Below, in pieces: positions 13,493 to 25,099 of a stretch of 64,000 bases of DNA. The stretch spans positions 61,070,001-61,134,000 of the forward strand of contig OX597816.1 of the NCBI GenBank assembly GCA_951406725.2, read 5' to 3'. Source of the DNA: Octopus vulgaris (Eukaryota). Under the pieces are notes generated by a model. The model made no database searches, was not told the DNA's origin, and worked only from the letters and a program-made list of their open reading frames with translations. The position numbers and the translations under genes were made by a program. Every line of letters starts with the position of its first letter. Positions within the stretch are counted from its first letter, which is position 1.

Positions 13493-13820
13493 GCCCTCGA
13501 CTCGGACGAGACTACCCGCCGTACTTAAGCATATCGCTAAGCTGAGGAAAAGAAACCAGCCGGAATTCCCTAAGTAAGTAACGGCGAGTGAACCGGGAGA
13601 AGCCCAACGCCATATTTCGTCGGCCGCGCCGGTCGTCGAGAGCTGTGGCGCAAGGGTCGTACACGGTCGATCGTTTCGCCCGGCTAAGTTCGGAGTCCCC
13701 TCGATCGGGGCTGCTCAGAGCGGGTGCCAGGCCCATTCGGAACCGGCGGCGATCGGCGGTGTTCATCGACCCCGAGAGTCGGGTTGCTTGGGAACGCAGC
13801 CCAAAGCGAGTGGTAGGCTC
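13493..13820 (+). pseudogene. 28S: orphan 28S rRNA 5' fragment
   Basis: ACCCGCCGTACTTAAGCATATCGCTAAGCTGAGGAAAAGAAACC...GTAACGGCGAGTGAA...GAGTCGGGTTGCTTGGGAACGCAGCCCAAAGCG match conserved LSU 5'/D1 motifs; GC-rich island with no 5.8S or 18S nearby. Confidence 0.9.
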
Positions 13821-14033
13821 TTAGAAGGTCAAAAGAGCGCACTGAATAATAAAAAGACTTTTTAAGATCTACTACTCAAGTATGCCATTGCCATTTCAAA
13901 CCTTTAGCGCTTCATAGCATGAACAAATATGTGCGATTAACTAATGATTGTTACGTACTCTCTACTGCAAATAATAAGTTTATGAAACATCTAAGATGTG
14001 AAAGACAAGGATGTGGTGGTGGGAGGTAACAAA

Positions 14034-14105
14034 TACGTCGACTGAGAGTCGAAACCGGATCGACTGCTTGGAAGGTAACCATGATAACCATTACACCACC
14101 AACGC
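14034..14105 (-). pseudogene. tRNA-Gly(TCC) pseudogene
   Basis: 72-nt copy with 9 substitutions versus the intact genes, hitting the acceptor stem, T arm and B box; no T terminator. Confidence 0.88.
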
Positions 14106-14251
14106 TTCATTGTCGATGACGATTGAATTTAATCTTAATTTACTTAAAAATACATCATGTTATTTTGAATGTTTTCGCTGAAATTAACTGTTTCTGTTTT
14201 TGTCAAACTTTGGCAAAAGTTATGGCTTATGGCCATAATGAATGTGTGTGT

Positions 14252-14300
<49 letters not shown>

Positions 14301-14464
14301 AGAAGATTGGGTGCGCGCGCATCTGTGAATGTGTTCAAGTAGCCTACTGTATGTTCTCAATACTCTTTATTATAATATGTATGCGCCGTGACCAATATAC
14401 AAAGAAATATTCTTAAAACAGTAGCTTCTTCTTTTTCTTCTGCTGGATTTTTCAGTTTGTTTAA

Positions 14465-14792
14465 GAACCTTTTACACCTGATGTCTTCGTAGACAACATT
14501 TCTGACTGCTCTTTCTGACACGTGGAGATCTTTTGCAATTCACCTCATGGACTTTCTGAGATTGCAATGAATGGTCTGTTGAACTTGCTGGATAAATTCA
14601 AGTGATCTGATGATTTCAGAGCGTTTAGAATGCTCTTTATTCTTTGATACTGGTGATACACTTCCATCTTCAGTCTCTAACTCCTTACAAACTTTGTAGA
14701 CGAAAGATGTGGCAACTTTTAAAAATCAAGATATTTCTAAATCACCCAGCCTTTATAACCACAATAACAGCATGCCTATTCGTTTCTTGAGT
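14465..14792 (-). mobile_element. Tc1/mariner (maT/DD37D-like) transposase N-terminal relic
   Basis: Translates with stops and a frameshift as NRHAVIVVIKA..DLEIS*FLKVATSFVYKV..LEFIQQVQQTIHCNLRKSMR*IAKDLHVSERAVRNVVYEDI (paired HTH pattern). Confidence 0.65.
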
Positions 14793-15097
14793 AAGCTGAA
14801 GGTCTGCCATTATTATTTTCTGAAACAAAGATTATACAGAGTGAGCAAAAAATGCAGCAATGACCCAAAAATGGTATGTCCTCAAATACCTTACGCACCT
14901 TGTATAATGTTTGCATAACGAAATACGGTGTCCAATGATGTACGAACATTTAGTGATATGGAGGAATACACACATACATGCATTATCAAACTCCGTTGCG
15001 GGAAAGAAAAAAAATTGTGTAATGAACGTAGAGTAATGTCTATTCTATACAGCTCTACTAGTAAATATATTTATAAAAGAAAAAAAAACGAATGTGA

Positions 15098-15169
15098 TGC
15101 GTCGGCCGGGAGTCGAACCCGGATCGACTGCTTGGAAGGCAACCATGCTAACCGTTACACCACCGACGC
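15098..15169 (-). tRNA. trnG-TCC: tRNA-Gly(TCC), intact
   Basis: Exact reverse complement of 2850-2921; A-run at about 15080-15088 is the terminator. Confidence 0.97.
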
Positions 15170-15408
15170 CACACATTAGACTTGCTGCAATTTAATCTTA
15201 ATTTACTCAGAAATACTTTATGTCAGTAGAACTTTCAACTATGAAATATTTTTGCTGAAATCAGCTTTTCCACTTTCGCCAAACTTGTGCGAAAATTATG
15301 ACATACATAAACATATGTGTGTATACACACCTACATACATACAGACATAAATGTGTGTGTGTGTGTTTGTCAGTGTCTGTGTCTGTGCCTCTGTGTGTGT
15401 GTGTGTGT

Positions 15409-15440
<32 letters not shown>

Positions 15441-15620
15441 ATGCACTAGCGTGCCTCCCGGCCTTCAACCCGGTCTATACGGTGCTGAAATGTATTAATA
15501 AGGCACATATTGGCATCTATCGTAATACCCATTTTCCTTAGAATAAAATTTGTTAAAAAGTACTTAAATATTGCATAACATAATTTTAAAAATTTATTTA
15601 AATATCTAAATATAGGAAGT

Positions 15621-16405
15621 GGATCTTTTCCTTTTGAACGGCAGTTTGTAACATAATTTCTAGGTAACTAAAAAGTTTTAAACTTCGTATACTGGTAGAA
15701 TGTGTTTATAAAACATCATTTTCTCTTGGCTTTATTGAGAAAATTCTATAGGTTGTAACATATTTCGTCTTTAATTTCTTGCATTTCGGCAATTCTAACC
15801 AATCACTGGCGTCCATTTAGGTAAACAACATTCTGTGCCGCATGAATATGTCCCTCCTTTAAGAAACAGATTGGGTTTATTTACATTTGAGAAGAAAAAA
15901 AGATACCCTTCCCCCACGCCTAACCATAACCCTAACCCTAACTAACCCGAACTCTAACCCTAAATCTAAGTTTTATATAGCGGTGTCGTATGAAATTGTC
16001 ACCCATAATTATAACCCTAGTATCGATCTATTGCATTTCAATCTATTTTAGATTTAGGGTTAGAGTTAGGGTTAGTTAGGGTTAGTTAGGGTTAGGGTTA
16101 GGGTTAGGCGTGGGGGAAGGGTATATTTTTTCTTCACAAATGTAAATAAACCCAATCTGTTTCTTAAAGGAGGGACATATTCGTGCGGCACAGAATGTTG
16201 TTTACCTAAATGGACGCCAGTGATTGGTTAAAATTGCCGAAATGCAAGAAATTAAAGACGAAATATGTTACAACCTATAGAATTTTCTCAATAAAGCCAA
16301 GAGAAAATGATGTTTTATAAACACATTCTACCAGTATACGAAGTTTAAAACTTTTTAGTTACCTAGAAATTATGTTACAAACTGCCGTTCAAAAGGAAAA
16401 GATCC
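15621..16405. mobile_element. foldback DNA transposon (MULE-like) with ~350-bp TIRs and internal telomere-like repeats
   Basis: Termini GGATCTTTTCCTTTTGAACGGCAG / CTGCCGTTCAAAAGGAAAAGATCC; perfect 8-bp TSD TAGGAAGT (15613-15620, 16406-16413); (TAACCC)n and (GGGTTA)n at the inner ends of the arms. Confidence 0.9.
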
Positions 16406-16791
16406 TAGGAAGTAATATAGATAATGACAGAGAAATATGTTATACGAAAATTTTTAAACATTTACGGAACTTCAGTATATACAACGTTTGTGACTTTTTT
16501 CTTTGGAACATATATAAAGAGTATCTGTGGGTATCCTATTCCGGAACAACCTACATATAATTGACCATCTGGGAAACAGCCTTCTTCTAGATGGAGACTG
16601 GCAACCTGCTGTGTTTGACCTTGGGACTTGTTAATTGCAATCATTTGAAACGAAAGGGGACATCTGTTGGTATTAGTCGTATTCTAGATATAAATACAAT
16701 GTCTCCTTTACTACATCCAGTGAAGATTTTTGCTTCGATTATGTGAGGCTGTAGTTCAGTCACAACCATACGTGTACCATTGCACAATTTT

Positions 16792-17382
16792 ATTTCTTTA
16801 TTGCCAACAAGGGGCTAAACATAGAGGGGACAGACAAGGACAGACAAACGGATTAAGTCGATTATATCGACCCCAGTGCGTAACTGGTACTTATTTAATC
16901 GACCCCGAAAGGATGAAAGGCAAAGTCGACCTCGGTGGAATTTGAACTCAGAACGTAACGGCAGACGAAATACCTATTTCTTTACTACCCACAAAGGGCT
17001 AAACACAGAGAGGACAAACAAGGACAGACAAACGGATTAAGTCGATTGTATCGACCCCAGTGCGTAACTGGTACATATTTAATCGACGCCGAAAGGATGA
17101 AAGGCAAAGTCGACCTCGGCGGAATTTGAACCTAGAACGTAGCGGCAGACGAAATACCTATTTCTTTATTATCCACAAGGGGCTAAACACAGAGGGGACA
17201 AACAAGGACAGACATAGGTATTAAGTCGATTACATCGACCCCAGTGCGTAACTGGTACTTAATTTATCGACCCCGAAAGGATGAAAGGCAAAGTCGACCT
17301 CGGCGGAATTTGAACTCACAACGTAACGCAGACGAAATACCGCTAAGCATTTCGCCCGGCGAGCTAACGTTTCTGCCAGCTC
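16792..17382 (-). mobile_element. family B SINE (Deu/Nin-domain-like), tandem trimer
   Basis: One head (GAGCTGGCAGAAACGTTAGC) followed by three ~180-bp bodies containing CTTTGCCTTTCATCCTTTCGGGGTCGAT..AAGTACCAG. Confidence 0.85.
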
Positions 17383-17383
17383 T

Positions 17384-17530
17384 TGCACAATTTTGGCTGA
17401 TCCAGGTTTCTGAGAAGCATGATGACTGCGCCCTTCTTCAATTCAAGGTTGTGTGGCGGTATACTGGATCGTTGCAGACTATTGAGGAATGCGACAGGAT
17501 AATGAACAGCATCGTCCTCATCGACAACTT
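17384..17530 (-). mobile_element. Helitron RepHel PIF1-type helicase fragment
   Basis: [48 protein letters not shown] matches the Helitron helicase signature YPxEFLNSL..GLPPHxLxLKxGxPIMLLRNL. Confidence 0.88.
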
Positions 17531-17892
17531 GTTTTTTGTCCCTAACCCCTTTGCTATATAGCTCTCGTATTTTTTTCTCTAGACGGAAAAAGCGGTAAAG
17601 GTAGTGAGAGAGAGACATATATACAACCTGAGAGAGAGAGAGAAGGGAGAGGTAGTGAGAGAGATAGAAACATAGTGAGGGACATATAGATAGAGAGAAA
17701 GCGGAGGTACGGCGTCTCGCTTTTTCTCCGTAACCACCTCTCTCTGTCTCTCATGTGTTTTTTCTCCACAGAAAAAAAAAAGAGGTAGAGATCCGCCGGC
17801 GACTTCAAAGGAATAAATGTAATGTATAAAGTTAGAGAAAGCTGGAGGTGGATTGAATGAGAGGTGGAGTAATTTTTTCACTCTGTAAAAAG

Positions 17893-18608
17893 TATTACGG
17901 TGAAATAGACAGTATTACGGTGAAATAGGCTAAAAAATAGGAGCCACTACACCACCAATTCGCCCTCCCCCACCATTCTGTTTTCGGAAATAAGTGCATT
18001 GTTATCTGCGGAATGATCAAATTAATTTAAATGACATGAAAAACCTGACACATCAATTATATTTAATGTTTTCAGCCGTCAAATTAGAAAGAAACAAACT
18101 GCTTTTTATATTTAGTGTTTTCAGCGGTCAACGTATAAACAGCGGTCAACGTATAGACAAACAAACTTAGCTGTTTATGGGGATATATATAGATATTACG
18201 GTGAAATAGGGAGTACGTGGATTACAAGAAATAGGTTTCAATACACCATCAACTCACCCACACCCCATCCGTTTTCGGAAAATAAGTGTACAATTATCTG
18301 CGGAATGGTCAAATTAATGTAAATGGCATGAAAAGCTTGAAATTTTATTAGTGTTTTCAGTGGTCAACGTACAAAGAAACAAACAAACTGCTTGTTATAA
18401 AGATAGAGAAAATAAGGATATATAGATATTACAGTGAAACAGAGAGTACGCGAAATACTAGAAATAGGAGCTAATACTCCATAAACTCGCTTCCCCCAAT
18501 CCGTTTTCGGAAAATATGTGCACAGTTATCTGCGGAATAGTTAAATTCATGTAAATGACATGAAAAGCCCGAAATATTACCAATTTTATTTAGTGTTTTC
18601 AACGGTGT

Positions 18609-18610
<2 letters not shown>
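17893..18610. repeat. three diverged tandem units (~190-300 bp)
   Basis: ATTACGGTGAAATAG...GTTTTCGGAAA...TTATCTGCGGAAT...AAATGACATGAAAA...GTGTTTTCA recurs at about 17894, 18195 and 18428. Confidence 0.75.
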
Positions 18611-18639
<29 letters not shown>

Positions 18640-18710
18640 GTATGATGACTAGTAGGGACACCGTATTTCGTTATGCAGCCATATTCCACAAAGTTTATTA
18701 AACGTTTTTG

Positions 18711-19125
18711 TAGGAGTGGCTGTGTAGTAAGTAGCTTGCTTACGAACCACATGGTTCCGGGTTCAGTCCACTTGCGTGGCACCTTGGACATGTGTCTTCT
18801 ACTAGAGCCTCGGTCCGACCAAAGCTTTGTGAGTGGAGTTGGTAGACGGAAACTGAAACAAGCCCGTCGTGTATATGTATATATGTGTGTGTATATGTTT
18901 GTGTGTCTGTGTTTGACCCCACCCCCACCCCAACATCGCTTGACAACCGATGCTGGTGTGTTTACGTCCCCGTAACTTAGCGGTTTGGCAAAAGAAATCG
19001 AAAGAATAAGTACTAAGCTTACAAAGAAAAAGTCCTGGGGTCGATTTGCTCGACTAAAGGCGGTGCTCCAGCACGGTCACAGTCAAATGACTGAAACAAA
19101 TAAAAGAGTAAAAGGGTAAAAAGAG
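18711..19125 (+). mobile_element. family A SINE
   Basis: Head, body and tail match the other copies. Confidence 0.88.
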
Positions 19126-19513
19126 CACTGAGCCATATTTCAGGAGTTTTGATCCTTCCTCAGTACCCATCCAACCCATTAATCATCCCAGTACTCATTG
19201 ATTAGATAGCCACTAAATATAGCGGAGAAATGTTATTGGATATACCAATTTTACATATTAAGCATATTTCTAGACACTGGTACGTAAATATTACGTTTGA
19301 ATAACGAAATACGGTATGCAATGACGTACGAAGATTTAGTGATATGGGGGACATACACACACACACACACACACACATACGTGCGTACATATCATATCAT
19401 ATCCCATACCGTAAAAATTGCGTAAGGAACGTAGAGTACTGTCTACTCTATACAGTTCTGTATAACAAATATATTTATAAAAACGAGCGGGGAAAAAAAA
19501 AAAGTGATAGTGA

Positions 19514-19580
19514 TGCGTCGGCCGGGAGTCCGGATCGACTGCTTGGAAGGCAACCATGCTAACCGTTACACCACCGACGC
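19514..19580 (-). pseudogene. tRNA-Gly(TCC) pseudogene with 5-nt T-arm/B-box deletion
   Basis: Identical to the intact copies except for loss of GAACC (GAGTC-GAACC-CGGATC becomes GAGTCCGGATC). Confidence 0.9.
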
Positions 19581-20139
19581 CTCATATACTCCATATGTGA
19601 ATTTAAACCTAATCTACACCAAAAACTTTATAAAACTAGACCTTTCAGTCACTTTAATGTTTTGCTGAAATCAGCATCCGGTGCATTCTTCTTTTTTTTT
19701 TAATGATGATGGCAGAGTGTTATCCGAGGGAGATTTAGTTGCTAATTCTTACCATGCTGAGTGACCACACGAGGTTCCCTTTTTAGTTCCATTGTGGTGG
19801 TGGTGGTGGTGGTGGTGGTGGTGGTGGGTGTTTTTTGTGTGCCCATCTTTCCATGCTTTTCGGATGCAAGTCGGCGAGACTTGCTCTGAATGCTCTAATG
19901 TTTTCAGTGAATTTTCCTGTTGCTTCGGACTCTCGGCAAAGAACACCCTCAAAAAACACGTAAGGGCCATAACAACTGGAAGGTGGGCACGTTACCGCAC
20001 CACCCACTTCCCGGGCACCAGACGTTGCCCGATACACCCGCATGTAGTCAGTAGAACGACTTGGCGCTACCCACAGAATCATCGTCTCGGTTACACCACG
20101 TCCCTGCCTAGATGATGATGATGATGCTGTAAAACTGGC

Positions 20140-20448
20140 ACTACGTCGGTTAGGGGGACAAGGGTTCCAGTTGATCCGATCAACAGAACAGCTTGCTCGT
20201 GAAACTAACGTGCATGTGGCTGAGCACTCCACAGGCACGTGTACCCTTCACGTAGTTCTCAAGAAGATTCAGCGTGACACCACAGGCTGGCCCTTTGAAA
20301 TACAGGCACCACTCATTTTTGCCGGCTGAGTGGAATGGAGCAACGTGAAAATAAAGTGTCCTGCTCGAGGACACAACGAGTCGCCGAGAATTGAACTCAC
20401 AACCTTATGATTGTGATCCATATACCCTAACCACTAAGTTACGTGCCT
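20140..20448 (-). mobile_element. family C SINE
   Basis: Shares its 3' body with 37149-37513 and its 5' part with 35232-35474. Confidence 0.7.
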
Positions 20449-20537
20449 TCGCGGATGATGCTGTACACTAATGATATTCAACCATTCTTTGTTTACTATT
20501 TTATTCTGGTGGACCCCCATAGCCATTCGATGTTTAA

Positions 20538-21161
20538 CCCCTTACCCAACAATTATTTTGAAAATAAATGTATTTTTTCAGACATATTTTTTAATTGTTT
20601 TATTTTACTATGTTTTCAATGGTGATTTCGAGGTATATTTCAAACCTTATTTATTATGAATTTTAATTCAATAATATTGCCAGTCTCTTGCATCTACCTC
20701 ATCCTCATCTTCAGTTTCTTCACTTGAATAAAACTCTTCTGACGAACTTTCACTCTCATCAGATGTATCCAACCCTCCAAGAGAAGCTTCATAATCGCTA
20801 TCATCATCAGAGCTCGACATGGTGGGGTTATAATATAAAGGTATAAAGAAAAACAACGTAAAAACAAAGTGAATACTTCTATTCATAAAATGTGCCTTCC
20901 AACCCTTCGACTGTCTCCAGGTGACTAAATCATACTCGGTCTTCAATGCCTCACTCAAGCGAAAGGTGGCAGAAATCGTCACTGCCAGACGTATAAAGTG
21001 AGCGAATATACTCGTATACGTCAAAAAAGAGTTTATAATAGACAAAGGAACTCGTTTGCTGTCGATTTTGGCGAGTCTATCTTTTGACGAGTTAACTCGC
21101 CAGAGATAGAAAAAAACGATTTCGGTCAAAACGCATATATTCGTTTCTGCCGGGTAAGGGA
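20538..21161 (-). mobile_element. piggyBac internal-deletion derivative
   Basis: TTAA on both sides (20534-20537, 21162-21165); TIRs CCCCTTACCC / GGGTAAGGGA; retains an acidic transposase N-terminus MSSSDDDSDYEAS...EDEDEVDARDW (20820->20668). Confidence 0.82.
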
Positions 21162-21339
21162 TTAAAAACTAATTTTATACATTTCAAGATTTAAAATTCT
21201 TACGTTGCTTTTCTTACATTAACTTGTGTAGGTTGAATTATGTAAAATGTTAAAGAGAGAATTTGTTTCTTGCAAGAGATACAGTTAAATCAAAACTTAA
21301 ATGGAACCTTAAAATGCTACTGTGGATCTCCGGTATACT

Positions 21340-21535
21340 ATTTCTTTACTACCCACAAGGGGCTAAACACAGAGGGGACAAACGGATTAAGTCAATTATA
21401 TTGACCCCAGTGCGTAACTGGTACTTATTTAATCGACCCCGAAAGGATGAAAGGCAAATTTGAACTCAGAACGTAACCGCAGACGAAATACTACTAAGCT
21501 CTTCGCCCGGCGTGCTAACGATTCTACCAGCTCGC
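21340..21535 (-). mobile_element. family B SINE
   Basis: Matches the 16792-17382 unit. Confidence 0.8.
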
Positions 21536-22379
21536 ATTGCTAACGTGAACCTCTAATAATCATGTATGGACCCAGGTTGAGAGCCACTGCTGTACACTAA
21601 CAAATAGTCATGAATAATGAATATAGTAAGCAATATTCATTATTCATGAATAAAGTGTGACAGTTTAGACATAACTGCACCTTATCCAGAGTTCAGTTTA
21701 TCTCTGTACTCACGGAAATTCTGTTGTTAGCTGCAGATGAAATGGTAGGCACGGGTAGAACGCGACAGTTGCTATTCTTCTACACTTAATGTCGATAGTG
21801 TACATCCTCGTAGACTATTTGGAGCTGGTAAAGCATTTGATATTGCAGTTATTTCTGTATGCATGTTATTTGTACTTGCTCAGATGAATGGGCGAGATAA
21901 CACTTTTCTTACAGTGGTTTGGGATGTTATATATGCGTTTAGATATTCGAAGGTGGTGTTTCATGTCGTGTCAAGCGTTGGAGACGGTGGAATGATGCTG
22001 GCTGCGGCAACAGACTGTGACCCTTACATGTTCAGGTAGCTTTTCTTTTTAATGTTTTATTTCGTAAGTAGTTTGCGAATGTCGTCTCTGTATAACCGGC
22101 GAAAATGTGTAAAACCTCGTTTTCCATATTTTGTAGTTTGCGAAACGCAGATAAGTGTGAAATAAACTTTGATTGTATCTTCAATATCATTTGTTTTACA
22201 CCATTGTTGTACCTTTCCGTTTGACTGAATGTGGTACCTGTGGTTGCTCTAAGCATTTTCGTGTTCCGGTTTTGTTTTCTTGACAATGTTTTCTATAAGT
22301 ATTTCTATAAGATGTTGCAACTTCTAGGATTTTTAATGTTTGTCGTGTGTGTGTGTGTGTATATATATATGTGTGTATG

Positions 22380-22431
<52 letters not shown>

Positions 22432-23539
22432 TGTGTGTGTTGTGTGCGTGTGCGAATGCGCGTGCGTGTGTATGTGTGTTGTTGAGGCTGATGGCTGTTT
22501 GTATTTCATGTTTACTGATGATACTGATAAATAAGAAGACAGTTGATTCTTTAAGTCTGTTGTTTTGGAGCCAGGTTTCTAGGTGATTGATGAAAGGTTG
22601 GAATAGTTATACAGCAGTATTTAGACATTAGTGGGTGGATGTGAGTGCGATGTCGCAGTATATCAGACTGTGAGTATGCTTAAGAGAATATGTGTTTGCA
22701 CTAAGAATATGTGTATGCTTTGAGAATTTACGTACGTTTTGAAGGTGTGGAAAGATCGTTTAGATATAGGTTGAAGAAAGTGGGGTGGAAGAATGAACAG
22801 GAAGATAGAAAGTTATGGGAGTGTTGTTTTTGTATACATAAACTTGGCGGTCTGACAAGATAGTTCGCCAGCCATAGTTTTATGCTACTTTTTAAGAAGG
22901 TGTTGATTATTTTGTGTAAATGGACGGGTAGCGGGTAATGGGGTCGCGAGCATTTCTGATAGCGATGATAGTCTGAACTGTGGTGTGTAGTCCTCTGGAA
23001 GACGGCCAGTTGGTAGAGCCGTTATATCGTGGGATAGAATGTCTCGTGGTATTTGTTCCTATTCTCTGCCCTCTGAGTTTAAATCTTGCCACGGTCAACT
23101 TTATTCTTCCATTCTTTCTATGTCGGTAATAAAGCATTAATCCAAGACAGTTGACGGCAAAAGTTGTTAGAGGGTCGAGCCAGATACCTTGTGACATTGG
23201 CTCTTCGCAGTTTGGCAGCGATGCCTGTGATCGCACTGATACCAAGCTGTATCGACCCAAGTCGGCGGCCGTGTATGTGTACATATATATATAGAAATGA
23301 AGGTGGCTATAAGCAATATAAAACCAAAACGGAAGAAGTCAATTGTCACTAACTGACTGACAGTACAGAGTAGCACCCACATTGCTCGAAATAAGGAATA
23401 AAATCCCTCTTGGCTGCAAAGAAACACAAGTCTATGACAGGGAAGCGAACCGTTCCACAGCCTGCGAGATCATCATACTAGAATTCTAGTTTCTCTTGAA
23501 ATTAAAGCTCTTCAGCGATGATTATTCCGTCTCTGAATG

Positions 23540-23607
<68 letters not shown>

Positions 23608-24186
23608 AACATAAATAGCTCCAAGTGACCAGAGGAATGTATTTAAACAACATACAGGTATATCACATACCATACAACGCAAATTCTTTATTTATTAAAA
23701 ATACCTCCGCCTCTAAAGGATGCATCCGAATTACCAAATGGCAATTCAGACCAACTCCTCTTGAAAAAGGGATTTAATCTCAAGGATCAAGAATTCCCTA
23801 AGTTGACATACCGTTAAGGAAAAGGACTGAGTTATTCTCTAGAGATAAGAGCATAGTCGTGGATACCTGTTTCTAACTCAACAGTCGTCATCAGCTGGAC
23901 AATTGACGGACCTTATCTCTAGTAGCCGCGGCACTTAGACTTATACGAAAAAGAGTAGAATATACTTCAGTATCGAGAAGTGAGAAGGCTGACATGCAAG
24001 GGTAACCCCTAATCTTCTTTTAAAAGATCCTTGTCCAAGCCTACGCATGCATGTGGAGACACATGGTCAACTGAGACCGAGAGAAGCCCTATATATGTCC
24101 ACTGTATTAGTTCCGAGATTATTGTAATGGTTACCATAATCATGTTGTGATTTATAGAGCGGCATATTTGAGTTAGAAATCGAAAG

Positions 24187-24572
24187 CAGCGGACCCCAAC
24201 CCTTTCCAGTTTTATGCAAGGCAATTTTCCCACGGACTGGGGATCACGCACTAAACACAGTGAAGTGCATAATATATAATTTAATTATTAGATATCAAAC
24301 ACACACACACACACAACGGAGGACTGGCCAGGTTGCCAGCTTGCCCGATGGCAAGTGGGCTCCTGCGCCATTAGAATCCATATATGGGAGGCCCATGTTA
24401 GTACCTAAGGGACCTATTCCCTCAAGTTTTAGAAATTTTTATTCACTCCTTGAAGAACACATTAATTATTTCAGCCTGGCTGTGTTTGTAGATAGTTGAA
24501 AAGAATACTTTTAACACACACACTTTTGGCAACCAATACTTTTAGACCTAGTCCGCCACTGACACACACACA

Positions 24573-24616
<44 letters not shown>

Positions 24617-24776
24617 TACACATATAATACACATCCAATGCTAAAACACCCTGCAAAATGCGTTAGTCAATTAAACAGAAGTAAAATTTTAAAATTTATT
24701 CTCCCTCTGCTGCCCAGAGCCATATCATCCACGGCCCGGTACTGGTCCACGGTCTTATGGCGGATGGGGACCCTAG
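24187..24776. mobile_element. hAT-Charlie (MER1-like) MITE
   Basis: Termini CAGCGGACCCCAACC / GGATGGGGACCCTAG; degenerate 8-bp TSD ATCGAAAG / ATCTAAAC (NTCTAGAN-type). Confidence 0.65.
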
Positions 24777-25099
24777 ATCTAAACGACGAGGCTTTCTAAA
24801 ATTTTCGAGGAGGATGATGGGATACTATTTCATTTTTGCTTGTGATGATGACCTTTAGAAATCCTATTATACTCCCAGTTTCCTAGATTCTGGAAATTTG
24901 ATAGCGTTTGCACGAATAATTGTAGATGCTGGTGGTCGCAGAGATACCTTGAGGCTCTATGCGTTTTAAGTGTATGTTAATGATTTTGTGAAGATCTGAA
25001 GTTTTTGAGCTTTCTAATGATGTTGTTGATATTGTTATTGTTCTCTTTGTTGTTTAGTCCCTGGAAAATCCTGATGGAGCAGACCTACATTTATACCTT

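Noticed and set aside
13512-13824. GC-rich ORFs on both strands
   Set aside because: They overlap the 28S rRNA fragment
15915-16110. Telomere-telomere fusion site
   Set aside because: The orientation is TAACCC then TTAGGG, opposite to an end-to-end fusion, and the repeats lie inside a TSD-flanked foldback element
21700-22340. Possible retroelement coding relic
   Set aside because: No convincing RT or endonuclease motif in the minus-strand frames translated by eye
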